A DNA stretch of 64,000 bases from Rhodothermales bacterium. GTDB lineage: Bacteria; Bacteroidota; Rhodothermia; Rhodothermales; JANQRZ01. The position numbers were made by a program, and so were the translations under genes. Positions within the stretch are counted from its first letter, which is position 1. Every line of letters begins with the position of its first letter. Below, in pieces: positions 38,064 through 47,510 of the stretch. The notes below the pieces were generated by a model, which was not told the origin of the DNA, searched no databases, and saw nothing but the letters and a program-made list of their open reading frames with translations. The stretch lies in the NCBI GenBank assembly GCA_038232935.1, contig JBBSMX010000004.1:2512-66511 (forward strand), given 5' to 3'.

Positions 38064-39746
38064 ATGAACAGGCTTTGGACTGGACGGCTCACAGCGTTTC
38101 TCCTCGTGCTCTCACTGGGCTTCGGGCCGGGCGTGCGCGCACAGGACTTCGAGGTGGAGACGGGCGGGGTGCCGGTGCCCGGTCAGTCGCTGAGCGCTAC
38201 GGTGACCGTGTTCGCGAACAACCCCAGCAACGGCACGCTCTTTTACCGCCCCACCGGGACGAGGGAGTACGCTTCCTTGACCCCCCAGCAGAACAGCAAC
38301 GTGTTCACCGTGGAGATCCCGGCCGGAGCAGTGACGGAACGTGGGCTCGATGTCTACGGCACGTACTTCGACGATGGAGAGCTGCGGACCTACCCCATCG
38401 AGAACCCGGAGGAGTTCCCGTACCGCCTCCCTGTGTATCTCGGCTCGTATCCCGTTCCCGTCGAGTTAGCGCCGCGCCAGTACCGGATGGTTTCGGTCGC
38501 GGCCGACCTCGGCGCGGGGACGGCGGCGGGCGAGCTCACGGACGACTTCGGCATGCCGAACATCGCGCGGTGGCGAGCGGCCCGGTGGAACCCCGCACGC
38601 AGCCAGTACGAGGAACTGCCGGACATCGCAAGCTCGCTTACGGAGGGCACGGCTTTCTGGCTGATCACAGCAGCCGGGGGCGGGTTCGACATCGACGCGG
38701 CGACCTCCACCAACCCCGACTCGCTACCGACCATCACGCTCGCGCCGGGGTTCAATCAAGTCGCTAACCCGTACGCGTTCCCCATCGCGTGGGACGACAT
38801 TTTGAATGCGTCGGAGCTCGGTGGGTCGGACATCGGGGTGCCGTTGGCATTCGACGGGGTGTCCCCGTACGTCGAGGAGACCGTACTGCAGCCGTGGACG
38901 GGCTACTTCGTGCAGAACAACACGGGGCAGGCGTTGACGCTGACGGTGCCGGACTCCGAAGCGCTGGGCGATGGAGGCCGTCCCGATCTGCCCGAGGCGA
39001 CCTACACCGTCCGTGTGAGTGCTGAGGCTGATGCCTACCGCGATACGCTGAACGTGATCGGGTTCGCGACAGGGTCCGAGATAGGGCGTGACGGGATGGA
39101 CCTCGCGGAGCCGCCGCCCATCGGCGCCTACGTCCGTGTGAGCGTGATCGAGAACGGCGAGCGCCTGATGCGGAGCCTGAGACCGGAACGCGCCGACGGC
39201 GAGCTGTGGGACGTGGAGGTGACGGCGTCGGCCGATCTGCTCGAAGGCGGGCCGCGCCGTGCCGCCGTGTCGCTGAGCGAGGAGGGCGTGCGCCCGAGCG
39301 GCTTTCAGCTTTACGTGATCGACCGAGACCGCGCGACGGCGGTACCCGTGACGGACGGGGTGTTCGAGCTCGTGCTGAGCCGGGAAGCCCCGGTGCGACG
39401 GCTCCGGCTGATCGCGGGGACGGAAGACTTCGCCCGCACCGGCAGCGAGGGCGCGCCGCTCGAGTTCACCGGGTTCGCGCTCGACGCGAGCTACCCCAAT
39501 CCGTTCGAGGACCAGGCTACGATCGGCTACCGGCTCGAAGGGCTGGGCTGGGCCACGCTGGAGGTCTTCGACCTGCTCGGCCGCCGCGTACGCGTGCTCG
39601 CCGACGGCGAGCACAGCGCCGGGCCGCACACCGCCGAGTGGGATGGCCGCGACGGGACCGGGCGGGCTGTCGCCAACGGCATCTACCTAGTCCGGCTCCG
39701 CGCCGGTGATGCCTCGGCGACGCGCCGGGCCACCGTGCTTCGCTAA
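38064..39746 (+). CDS. Secreted protein of unknown function with T9SS type-A C-terminal sorting domain
   Basis: Signal peptide ..LVLSLGFGPGVRAQ. C-terminus YPNPFEDQATIGYRLEGLGWATLEVFDLLGRRVRVLADGEHSAGPHTAEWDGRDGTGRAVANGIYLVRLRAGDASATRRATVLR. Confidence 0.75.
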   Translation: MNRLWTGRLTAFLLVLSLGFGPGVRAQDFEVETGGVPVPGQSLSATVTVFANNPSNGTLFYRPTGTREYASLTPQQNSNVFTVEIPAGAVTERGLDVYGTYFDDGELRTYPIENPEEFPYRLPVYLGSYPVPVELAPRQYRMVSVAADLGAGTAAGELTDDFGMPNIARWRAARWNPARSQYEELPDIASSLTEGTAFWLITAAGGGFDIDAATSTNPDSLPTITLAPGFNQVANPYAFPIAWDDILNASELGGSDIGVPLAFDGVSPYVEETVLQPWTGYFVQNNTGQALTLTVPDSEALGDGGRPDLPEATYTVRVSAEADAYRDTLNVIGFATGSEIGRDGMDLAEPPPIGAYVRVSVIENGERLMRSLRPERADGELWDVEVTASADLLEGGPRRAAVSLSEEGVRPSGFQLYVIDRDRATAVPVTDGVFELVLSREAPVRRLRLIAGTEDFARTGSEGAPLEFTGFALDASYPNPFEDQATIGYRLEGLGWATLEVFDLLGRRVRVLADGEHSAGPHTAEWDGRDGTGRAVANGIYLVRLRAGDASATRRATVLR

Positions 39747-39754
39747 CCCCCCCG

Positions 39755-40843
39755 ATGCTCGTGAAACGCTTCCTCTTTTCGATCCTTCTCGCTACGCTGG
39801 CCGCGCCGATTGCGCTCGGGCAACCGTCGGCGCTCTACGCTAATGCAGAGCGGCAGCCCTTCCGGGTCACGATGGAGGGGCTCTTCCAGCGCTTCTCCGA
39901 CGACGGGGAAGACATCAGCGAGGTGAGCCTGCCCCTGGGCCTGTTCCTCCCCATCGGCGATAACGTCGCGCTCAGCATGCAGACGAACTACGCGGCGGTG
40001 AGTGGGAGTGATATCGAAACCGTCTCTAGGTTGGGCGATGCGCAGTTCGTGGCGAGCTACTTCCAACCTGCCGGGGTGGGCAGCCTCGTGTTCAGCCTCG
40101 GCGTGAACGCGACTACGGGCAACAGCGCGCTCTCCTTCCAGGAATTCCGGACGTCCACGCTGGCGGGTCAGACCGCGTACGACCTCCGCGTGCCCACGTT
40201 CGGGCAAGGCATCCGCGTGGCTCCAGCCGTTACCTACGCCTTCCCCGTTGGGGAACGCCTCGCGCTCGGCCTCGGGGTCTCGTACCAGTACCGTGGTCCC
40301 TACGAACCCCTCGACGACCTCCCAGACCAGTACGACCCCGGCGAAGAAGTCTTGCTCACGGCTGGGGCCGACCTGGGCGTCACGCCGACCTCCTCGTTCT
40401 CCCTCGACCTGTCGCTCGGTCTCAACGGAACCGACACGTGGGGCCCGATGACGTACGAGCCCGGAAACACCGTGACGGCGACGGCCCAATACCTCCTCCT
40501 CCTCGGCTTCCACCAAGTCCGTGCGGTAGCGCGCTACCGGGACCGAGGCGAGGGCAATCTGCCAAACGAAGCCGCTACGGCAGAGACGGCGGTGCCGACC
40601 CAGATCCAGTTCTTCACCGATGTCCGCTACCAGGTCACCCCGACCTTCGAGGTGGGCGCGCTCGCGCGCGTTCGTAATTACGGAGAGAGCGCCCTCCTCG
40701 GAGAGTCGCAGACGCTTTTCGATATCGGGGTAAACCCGGCTGTGGCGGTGACCGAGCAGGTGAGCCTGACCGGGCGCTTCGTCTACACGCTCGGTGGGTT
40801 TACAGGGATTACGGCCGGGGGAGGATTGAGCCTTTCATTCTAG
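39755..40843 (+). CDS. Outer-membrane beta-barrel protein (unknown family)
   Basis: Signal peptide MLVKRFLFSILLATLAAPIALGQ. Alternating amphipathic strands, many aromatic/Gly turns, and a C-terminal ..GGGLSLSF ending in Phe. Starts 8 nt after the previous gene. Confidence 0.6.
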   Translation: MLVKRFLFSILLATLAAPIALGQPSALYANAERQPFRVTMEGLFQRFSDDGEDISEVSLPLGLFLPIGDNVALSMQTNYAAVSGSDIETVSRLGDAQFVASYFQPAGVGSLVFSLGVNATTGNSALSFQEFRTSTLAGQTAYDLRVPTFGQGIRVAPAVTYAFPVGERLALGLGVSYQYRGPYEPLDDLPDQYDPGEEVLLTAGADLGVTPTSSFSLDLSLGLNGTDTWGPMTYEPGNTVTATAQYLLLLGFHQVRAVARYRDRGEGNLPNEAATAETAVPTQIQFFTDVRYQVTPTFEVGALARVRNYGESALLGESQTLFDIGVNPAVAVTEQVSLTGRFVYTLGGFTGITAGGGLSLSF

Positions 40844-40870
40844 CCGATGAGGCCTGGAGTGAGGTCGGAC

Positions 40871-40909
40871 GCGGCGGGGCAGCGCTACCCGCTGCCCCGC
40901 CGCGTTTTT
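40871..40909 (+). terminator. Rho-independent terminator closing the long + strand array
   Basis: Perfect 13-bp stem gcggcggggcagc / gctgccccgccgc, 7-nt loop gctaccc, followed by gttttt. Confidence 0.75.
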
Positions 40910-40972
40910 GGTCAGGAGCCTGCTGTTTATCGCTCGTTCAACCCCTATCTTGAGGCCCTTTCCCGAGGCTCC

Positions 40973-41488
40973 ATGATTCCCTTCCAGCGCATTCTCGTCC
41001 CGTTTGACTTCTCGCGGCTCGCTGAGCAGGGGGTAGAGTATGCCGAGGAGTTGGCCGAGCTACACGGGGCGAAGCTGGACATCCTTCACATCGTTGAGGA
41101 ACCAGCCTTCCCCTCGTTCTTCAAGCTCGGAGCGATGCGGATCTACGGCATGGTGCCGAATCTGGAGAAGGTGGCGTGGACGGCGCTGGAAAAACGATTC
41201 GGCAGCCCCGGTGCGCAGCCGCATTTGAGCTTCCACGTCGTCAAAGGCAGCGCGGACGTCGAGATCATCCGGTTCGCGGGGGAGCACGAGAACGACCTCG
41301 TCGTGATGACCTCACACGGGTTGACCGGGCTGCAGCACGTCCTCATAGGGAGCGTAGCCGAGAAGGTAATGAAGATGGCTCCGTGCCCCGTGCTCGTCGT
41401 GAAAGCCTTTACCAAGCGACCGAATCCGATTGAGGACGCGAAGAGCGCTGAGATGGCAGAAGATAACGGCGCGTCGGCGGGTGCTTGA
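40973..41488 (+). CDS. Universal stress protein (UspA family)
   Basis: MIPFQRILVPFDFS.., ..DLVVMTSHGLTGLQHVLIGSVAEKVMKMAPCPVLVVK. The upstream part of the ORF (from 40847) runs through the terminator and is rejected. Confidence 0.85.
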   Translation: MIPFQRILVPFDFSRLAEQGVEYAEELAELHGAKLDILHIVEEPAFPSFFKLGAMRIYGMVPNLEKVAWTALEKRFGSPGAQPHLSFHVVKGSADVEIIRFAGEHENDLVVMTSHGLTGLQHVLIGSVAEKVMKMAPCPVLVVKAFTKRPNPIEDAKSAEMAEDNGASAGA

Positions 41489-41576
41489 GGGAGCCGTTTG
41501 CTGGCAGGTGAGTTAGAGGAAACCTCCCGTAGCGCGAGGCGCTACGGTTCATCCCTACCGCCTCACCCGCCCCAAG

Positions 41577-43226
41577 ATGCCCAACCCCGTCATCCTCGTC
41601 GTGGACGACGACCCCGATGTCCTCCGCGCTATCGCCCGCGATCTTCGGCGCCGGTACGGTCAGGACTACCGGGTGCTCCGTGCTTCGTCGGGCCCTGAAG
41701 CAATCGCTGCCCTTGACGAGTTGAAGGAGCGGGGGGAATCCGTCGCCCTGCTGCTCTCCGACCAGCGAATGCCTCGGATGGATGGGGTTGCGTTCCTGAG
41801 CGAGGCCATGGTGCAGTATCCACGCAGCAAACGCGCCCTGCTCACGGCCTATGCCGACACCGACGCTGCGATCTCGGCCATCAACCGCTCGCAGGTCGAT
41901 TACTACCTCCTCAAGCCATGGGACCCGCCCGAAGAGCGTTTGTATCCGGTTCTCGACGATCTCCTCAGCGACTGGCGAGCGGGGTATCGGCCGGGGTACG
42001 GCGGCGTTCGTATCGTCGGGAGTCGGTGGTCGCCGGAGTCACACCGGGTCAAGGATTTCCTCGCGCGCAACGCCGTCCCGTATCAGTTCGTGGACATCGA
42101 GAGCGAGGAAGGCATTGACGCGCTCGGATCGACCGATGGGGAGCAGGTGCTCCCGCTCGTGATCCTGTCTGATGGGGAACGGATGGCGAATCCAGCCTTG
42201 GGTGAACTGGCCGACAAACTCGGTCTCCGCACGCGGGCTGAAGACGAGTTCTACGATCTCGCGATTGTCGGCGGTGGGCCGGCTGGACTGGCGGCGGCCG
42301 TATACGGTGCCTCGGAAGGACTCCGGACGGTGCTGATCGAGCGCGAGGCACCGGGAGGGCAGGCCGGTACGTCCAGCCGCATCGAGAACTACCTCGGGTT
42401 CCCCGCCGGGCTCTCCGGTGCCGACCTCGCCCGGCGGGCTGTGACGCAGGCCGAGCGCTTCGGCGTCGAGATCCTCGCGCCGCAGGAGGTGGAGCGCCTC
42501 ACCGTCGACGGTCCGTACAAGCGGCTCCGCCTTTCCAACGGCAGCGAGGTGTCGTGCCACGTGCTCATGCTGGCGATGGGCGTCGCGTGGCGCAAGCTCC
42601 CGGCGCCCGGCGCCGAGCGGCTTGCCGGGCGAGGGATCTACTACGGCGCCGCGATGACCGAAGCCATCGGCTGCAAAGACGAAGTGGTCTATATCGTTGG
42701 CGCGGGTAACTCAGCCGGACAGGCGGCGATGTACTTCGCCGAGTACGCGGCGCGGGTCGTCATGCTCATCCGCGGCGGTGACCTCGGCTCGAAGATGAGC
42801 CATTACCTCGTCGAGCGGATCGAGGCGCACGAGCGGATCGATGTGGAGCTAAACACGGAGATCGTCGGGTGCGAGGGTGACGACCACCTCGAACGCCTCG
42901 TGCTGGAGTGCAGTGTGACCGGGGACCGGGAGGCGGTCGAGACGCGGTACCTCTTCGTGTTCATCGGAGCTGCGCCGAATACGGAGTGGCTCGATGGCGT
43001 CGTGGTCCGCGATACGCAAGGGTTCGTCCCTACCGGCCCTGACCTCGCCGAGCACGAGCTCGATGGCTGGCCGCTGGAGCGCGCGCCGTATTTGCTGGAG
43101 ACGAACGTGCCCGGCATCTTCGTCGCGGGCGACGTGCGCCACGAGTCCGTTAAACGGGTGGCGAGCGCGGTCGGCGAAGGGTCGGTCGCCGTCCACTTCA
43201 TGCACCGCCACCTCGCCACGCTCTGA
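41577..43226 (+). CDS. Fused response-regulator receiver / thioredoxin-disulfide-reductase-like flavoprotein
   Basis: REC domain (ILVVDDDPDVL..LLLSDQRMPRMDG). FAD/NAD(P) oxidoreductase (YDLAIVGGGPAGLAAAVYGASEGL, VYIVGAGNSAGQAA, GIFVAGDVR). Confidence 0.88.
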   Translation: MPNPVILVVDDDPDVLRAIARDLRRRYGQDYRVLRASSGPEAIAALDELKERGESVALLLSDQRMPRMDGVAFLSEAMVQYPRSKRALLTAYADTDAAISAINRSQVDYYLLKPWDPPEERLYPVLDDLLSDWRAGYRPGYGGVRIVGSRWSPESHRVKDFLARNAVPYQFVDIESEEGIDALGSTDGEQVLPLVILSDGERMANPALGELADKLGLRTRAEDEFYDLAIVGGGPAGLAAAVYGASEGLRTVLIEREAPGGQAGTSSRIENYLGFPAGLSGADLARRAVTQAERFGVEILAPQEVERLTVDGPYKRLRLSNGSEVSCHVLMLAMGVAWRKLPAPGAERLAGRGIYYGAAMTEAIGCKDEVVYIVGAGNSAGQAAMYFAEYAARVVMLIRGGDLGSKMSHYLVERIEAHERIDVELNTEIVGCEGDDHLERLVLECSVTGDREAVETRYLFVFIGAAPNTEWLDGVVVRDTQGFVPTGPDLAEHELDGWPLERAPYLLETNVPGIFVAGDVRHESVKRVASAVGEGSVAVHFMHRHLATL

Positions 43227-43229
43227 CGT

Positions 43230-45596
43230 ATGGACCTCGTTCTCGCCGCCAGCGCCCCGCCGTTCCTCGTCGAAACCGCCGTGCTTATCGTCGCGGGCGC
43301 GGTTGTGGCGTACGTCGGCTACCGGCTCGGGCTCGTCCCGATCGTCGGGTTCCTGCTGACCGGTGTGCTGATTGGGCCGCACGCGCTCGGGCTGATCGAG
43401 GACCCGGAGATGGTCGACGCGCTCGCCGAGGTCGGCGTGATCCTGCTGCTCTTTACGATCGGGATCGAGTTCTCGCTCGAAAAGCTCGCGCGGATCCAAC
43501 GGCTCATCTTCGGCGGTGGCGGGTTGCAGGTCGTCCTCACGACGGCGGCGACGGCAGGCGTGCTTATGCTCGCGGGCGTGCCGTGGCAGGCGGGCGTCTT
43601 TACCGGCTTCCTCGTCGCCCTCTCTTCGACGGCGATCGTGCTCAAGCTGCTCGGCAGCCGGGGCGAGTCGAACGCGCCGCACGGCCAGGTCGGCCTCGGG
43701 CTTCTCATCTTTCAGGACCTCGCGATCATCGTGATGGTCTTGCTCGTGCCGATGCTGGCCGGGGCGGGCGGTACGGCGCTCGACATCGGGTGGGCGCTCC
43801 TCAAGGCCGGACTCGTGATCGCGGCCGTCCTCCTCGGGGCGCGTCGGGTGATGCCGGCCGTGCTGGAGCGCGTAGCGCGGACGTGCTCGCAGGAGCTATT
43901 CCTGCTGTCCGTCATCGCGCTCTGCTTCGGCACGGCGTGGCTGACGAGCCTCGCGGGCGTCTCCGTCGCGCTCGGCGCGTTCCTCGCCGGACTGATCGTG
44001 AGCGAGAGCCGGTTCAGCGAGCACGCCTTCGGCGAGATCATGCCGCTCCAGATCCTCTTCTCCGCGACGTTCTTCGTCTCGGTCGGGATGCTGCTCGACC
44101 TCGGGTTCCTCGTCACGAACCTCCCGCTCGTGCTCGGCGTGGTCGTAGCCGTGCTCGTGCTGAAAGCCGTCGTGGCGGGCGTGAGCGTGCGATTGCTGGG
44201 GTACGGGCTGCCCGTCGCGGCAGCGTCGGGGCTGCTGCTGGCGCAGGTCGGCGAGTTCTCGTTCGTGCTCGAACGGGCAGGGCGCGAGCTGGGGTTGTAC
44301 CCGGCCGGGCTCGAAGGGACCGGCAGCCAGGCGTTCATCGCGGCGACCGTTCTGCTGATGGTGCTGACGCCCGCGCTCGCGAGCCTCGGCGCGCGGCTCG
44401 GGCGAACGATGGAAGCGAAGCGCGAGGACGCCGAAGTGGAGGCAATGGAGGAGCAGGCTGAAGGACTGGCCCCGGAATATGCCGGGATCGAGAACCACGT
44501 GATCGTCGCGGGCTACGGGCGCTCGGCCCGGCGGCTCGTGCGCGTGCTGCGCGGCAGCGGAATCCCCCACGTCGTCGTCACGCTCAGCCCGCCGCGCGCC
44601 GACGAGGCCGAAGCCGACGGGCTCGTCGTCGTGCGCGGCCACCCGACGCGGGCGCACACGCTGAGGGAGGCCCGCATCGGCAAAGCCAAACTCCTCGTCC
44701 TCGCCGACGACGACCACGACCTCGCCCAGCGCACGATCTCCGTCGCCCGCACCCTGAACCCGACGATGCGGATCGTCGCCCGCACGCGCTATCTCTCCGA
44801 GGCGCAGGAACTAGAGGAAGCGGGGGCTGACCGCGCGATCGCGCAGGAGTTCGAGATCGTCGTCCAGCTCTTCGCCGACCTCCTGCGTGACTACGGCGTG
44901 AGCCGCGAGGAGATCGAGCGCCACATCGAGGCGATGCGCGGGAACGGCTACGTTGCGCTCCGCGAAGAGGCCGAGGCGGGCACACCGATCATCTGTCATC
45001 CGGACCGCGCCACGCTGGCCCGGCGTCACGTCCACGTCCGCACCGATGCGGCGGCGGCAGGCCAGTCGCTCGCCGCACTCGACCTACCACGCTACGATAT
45101 CACCGTAGAGCAGATTCTCCGCGCCGCACAACCGGTTGAGACCGACGGTGCGTTCGTGCTGGAGCCCGGCGACGAGCTCGTGATGACGGGCTCGGCCGAA
45201 GGGTTTTTGGAGAGCGCGCCGCTGTTTCGGCCCGCCGGACTCGGTCTTGACGAGCACGGAGCAAACATCCCCGAGGCCATCGCCCAGTCCGGCGGCGACG
45301 GCTCCGCTTCGCCGGTGGACGACGACCGCGCCCCGGTGCGGCCGCGCCTTTACGGCGCGGACTGGTGCGCGCTCACGAGCGGCTTCCGTACCTACCTCGA
45401 TCGGAAGGGAATCCCCTTCGATTACTACAACGTCGAGAAAGACGAGGCAGCAGCCGACGCCGTCCGCGTCATGAACAACGGCAAGCTGAAGTTTCCGATG
45501 GTCGTCGTCGGAGACCGGGAAATGAAGAATCCGACCTTGGATGAGCTGGACGCGGCGCTGGACGACGCCGGACTTCAGGTCGCCGACATCGCGTGA
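43230..45596 (+). CDS. CPA2 (Kef-type) cation:proton antiporter fused to RCK/TrkA-N and a C-terminal glutaredoxin-like domain
   Basis: About 12 TM helices with the LLFTIGIEFS motif. RCK domain (HVIVAGYGRSARRL). C-terminus YGADWCALTSGFRTYLDRKGIPFDYYNVEKDE..KFPMVVV is a glutaredoxin/mycoredoxin-like fold with a single Cys. Confidence 0.85.
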   Translation: MDLVLAASAPPFLVETAVLIVAGAVVAYVGYRLGLVPIVGFLLTGVLIGPHALGLIEDPEMVDALAEVGVILLLFTIGIEFSLEKLARIQRLIFGGGGLQVVLTTAATAGVLMLAGVPWQAGVFTGFLVALSSTAIVLKLLGSRGESNAPHGQVGLGLLIFQDLAIIVMVLLVPMLAGAGGTALDIGWALLKAGLVIAAVLLGARRVMPAVLERVARTCSQELFLLSVIALCFGTAWLTSLAGVSVALGAFLAGLIVSESRFSEHAFGEIMPLQILFSATFFVSVGMLLDLGFLVTNLPLVLGVVVAVLVLKAVVAGVSVRLLGYGLPVAAASGLLLAQVGEFSFVLERAGRELGLYPAGLEGTGSQAFIAATVLLMVLTPALASLGARLGRTMEAKREDAEVEAMEEQAEGLAPEYAGIENHVIVAGYGRSARRLVRVLRGSGIPHVVVTLSPPRADEAEADGLVVVRGHPTRAHTLREARIGKAKLLVLADDDHDLAQRTISVARTLNPTMRIVARTRYLSEAQELEEAGADRAIAQEFEIVVQLFADLLRDYGVSREEIERHIEAMRGNGYVALREEAEAGTPIICHPDRATLARRHVHVRTDAAAAGQSLAALDLPRYDITVEQILRAAQPVETDGAFVLEPGDELVMTGSAEGFLESAPLFRPAGLGLDEHGANIPEAIAQSGGDGSASPVDDDRAPVRPRLYGADWCALTSGFRTYLDRKGIPFDYYNVEKDEAAADAVRVMNNGKLKFPMVVVGDREMKNPTLDELDAALDDAGLQVADIA

Positions 45597-45602
45597 CGAA
45601 CC

Positions 45603-45917
45603 ATGCCGACTTCTGCGCCCTTCATCGACACCCGTACGCCCATCACGTTCGAGCCTGATCCGAGCGCGGCGTGCTCCCACACCGATCAGATTCGGCCGGT
45701 CCGACCGAGCGCCCCAGGGTGCGAGGAATGTCTTGCCGTGGGCGATGCGTGGGTCCACCTTCGGGTTTGCGTCATCTGCGGCCACGTCGGCTGCTGCGAT
45801 TCGTCGAAGAACAAGCACGCCACCAAGCACTTCCACGCTACCGGCCACCCGATCATCCGCTCCATCGAGCCGGGCGAAACGTGGGGTTGGTGCTACGTGG
45901 ACGAACTCATGCTCTGA
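45603..45917 (+). CDS. UBP-type zinc-finger protein
   Basis: CEECLAVGDAWVHLRVCVICGHVGCCDSSKNKHATKHFHATGHP is the zf-UBP Cys/His pattern. Confidence 0.85.
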   Translation: MPTSAPFIDTRTPITFEPDPSAACSHTDQIRPVRPSAPGCEECLAVGDAWVHLRVCVICGHVGCCDSSKNKHATKHFHATGHPIIRSIEPGETWGWCYVDELML

Positions 45918-45922
45918 GCCCT

Positions 45923-47326
45923 ATGGATACCACCGCCGTCCCCGTCGCCGATCTCCGCCAGGTGCCCGACCTCCAGGGGCTCCCCGACGAAACCTTCGAG
46001 TGGTTCGCTGAGCACGGCGAATACGCGGAGTTTGTGGTGGGGGAGAAGATGTTCGAGAGCGGGCAGGTGGCGGAGAAGATGACGATCCTGCTCGGCGGAG
46101 CCATGCAGCTCCTCTTCGAGGTCGGCGGCCAGCATCTGCTCGTGGACACGCTCCGGGGTGGCCGCATCACGGGACTGCTCCCGTATTCGCGGATGACCCA
46201 CCACACGGGGATGGGGCTCGTCGTCGAGCCTGTGCGGGCTGTTATCGTGCACAGGCGAGACTTCTCCTCGATGCTGGCGACGAGCGAGGAATTGGGGCAG
46301 CGCCTCGTCGCGCTGATGAGCGACCGGGTACGCGAGGGAACGCGGATGGCGCAGCAACGGGAAAAGTTGATGGCGCTTGGAAAACTCTCGGCGGGCCTCG
46401 CGCACGAACTGAACAACCCCGCCGCCGCCATCCGCCGCTCCGTCGCCGACCTGCAAGAGCGGATCGCGCAGCTCCCAGGGCTCGTCGCACGGATGACCGA
46501 GCACAGGGTCAGCGCCGAGCAAGTGCGCCTCGCGAGCGAGGTAAAAAAGGAGGTCGCGGACGAGTCGCTCGAAGCGCTGTCGCCCCTCGTCCGCAGCGAG
46601 CGCGAAGACGAGCTCGCCGACCGGCTCGAAGGCCTCGGCGTCGAAGACGGCTGGCGGCTAGCCGAGACGCTCGTGGAATCGGGATTCACGCCGGAATGCC
46701 TCGATGACATCGCTGCTGAAGTCCCGGAGGACGCCGTGCCCGACGTGCTTCGCTGGATCGAAGGCGGATTGGCCGCGGACCGGCTCCTCGCCGAGATCGG
46801 CTCGGCAGCGGGGCGCATCTCCGACCTCGTCGCCTCGGTGAAGACGTACTCGCACATGGACCAGGCGCCGGACAAACAGCTCACTGCCATCGCCCCCGGC
46901 ATCGACTCGACCGTGACGATGCTCGGGCACAAGTTCAAAAAGAAAGACATCCACTTCGTCCGCTCGATTCCCGAAGACCTGCCGGTGGTCCCGGCATACC
47001 CCGGCGAACTCAATCAGGTCTGGACCAACCTGCTCGACAACGCGCTCGACGCCGTCGTCGAAGGCGGGGCCATCGGCATCAGCGCCGAGGTGGCGGGTCC
47101 CTTCCTGTGCGTTTACGTGAGCGATGACGGAGCCGGTATCCCCGCCGAGATCCAGTCCCGCATCTTCGAGCCGTTCTTCACGACGAAAGGGGTCGGCGAA
47201 GGGAGCGGGCTCGGGCTCGACGTGGTACGCCGGATCGTCGTCAACCAGCACGGCGGCACGCTCGCTCTCGACTCGCAGCCGGGACGCACGGTGTTCAAGG
47301 TCTGCCTGCCGTTGCACGATGAGTGA
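45923..47326 (+). CDS. Sensor histidine kinase with N-terminal cyclic-nucleotide-binding-like domain
   Basis: cNMP-binding-like N-terminus. H-box LSAGLAHELNNPAAAI. N/G boxes NLLDNALDA, DDGAGIP, GSGLGL. The longer ORF from 45671 overlaps the zf-UBP gene and is rejected. Confidence 0.85.
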   Translation: MDTTAVPVADLRQVPDLQGLPDETFEWFAEHGEYAEFVVGEKMFESGQVAEKMTILLGGAMQLLFEVGGQHLLVDTLRGGRITGLLPYSRMTHHTGMGLVVEPVRAVIVHRRDFSSMLATSEELGQRLVALMSDRVREGTRMAQQREKLMALGKLSAGLAHELNNPAAAIRRSVADLQERIAQLPGLVARMTEHRVSAEQVRLASEVKKEVADESLEALSPLVRSEREDELADRLEGLGVEDGWRLAETLVESGFTPECLDDIAAEVPEDAVPDVLRWIEGGLAADRLLAEIGSAAGRISDLVASVKTYSHMDQAPDKQLTAIAPGIDSTVTMLGHKFKKKDIHFVRSIPEDLPVVPAYPGELNQVWTNLLDNALDAVVEGGAIGISAEVAGPFLCVYVSDDGAGIPAEIQSRIFEPFFTTKGVGEGSGLGLDVVRRIVVNQHGGTLALDSQPGRTVFKVCLPLHDE

Positions 47327-47510
47327 TCGCGTCCTCATCGGATCGCCCGATGTGAAATTCGACGAATCAGCGTAGGTCCGGCAACAAGACGAAATGGCGT
47401 TGGTACATAATGATGCACATGCAAACGGTGCGCCGTCCGCTGGTCTCTCTTCCCACCTCACGCCGCCGGACGGGACCTATCTCCTCTCTTTTCTCCATTC
47501 GTACGGCACC

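Noticed and set aside
40847-40972. Longer version of the USP ORF starting at 40847.
   Set aside because: The extension runs straight through the strong terminator hairpin (40871-40909). The conserved USP N-terminus starts at the ATG at 40973.
45671-45922. N-terminal extension of the histidine-kinase ORF (551-aa version).
   Set aside because: It overlaps the well-supported zf-UBP gene in another frame. The ATG at 45923, 5 nt after the zf-UBP stop, gives a normal cNMP-binding-domain N-terminus.
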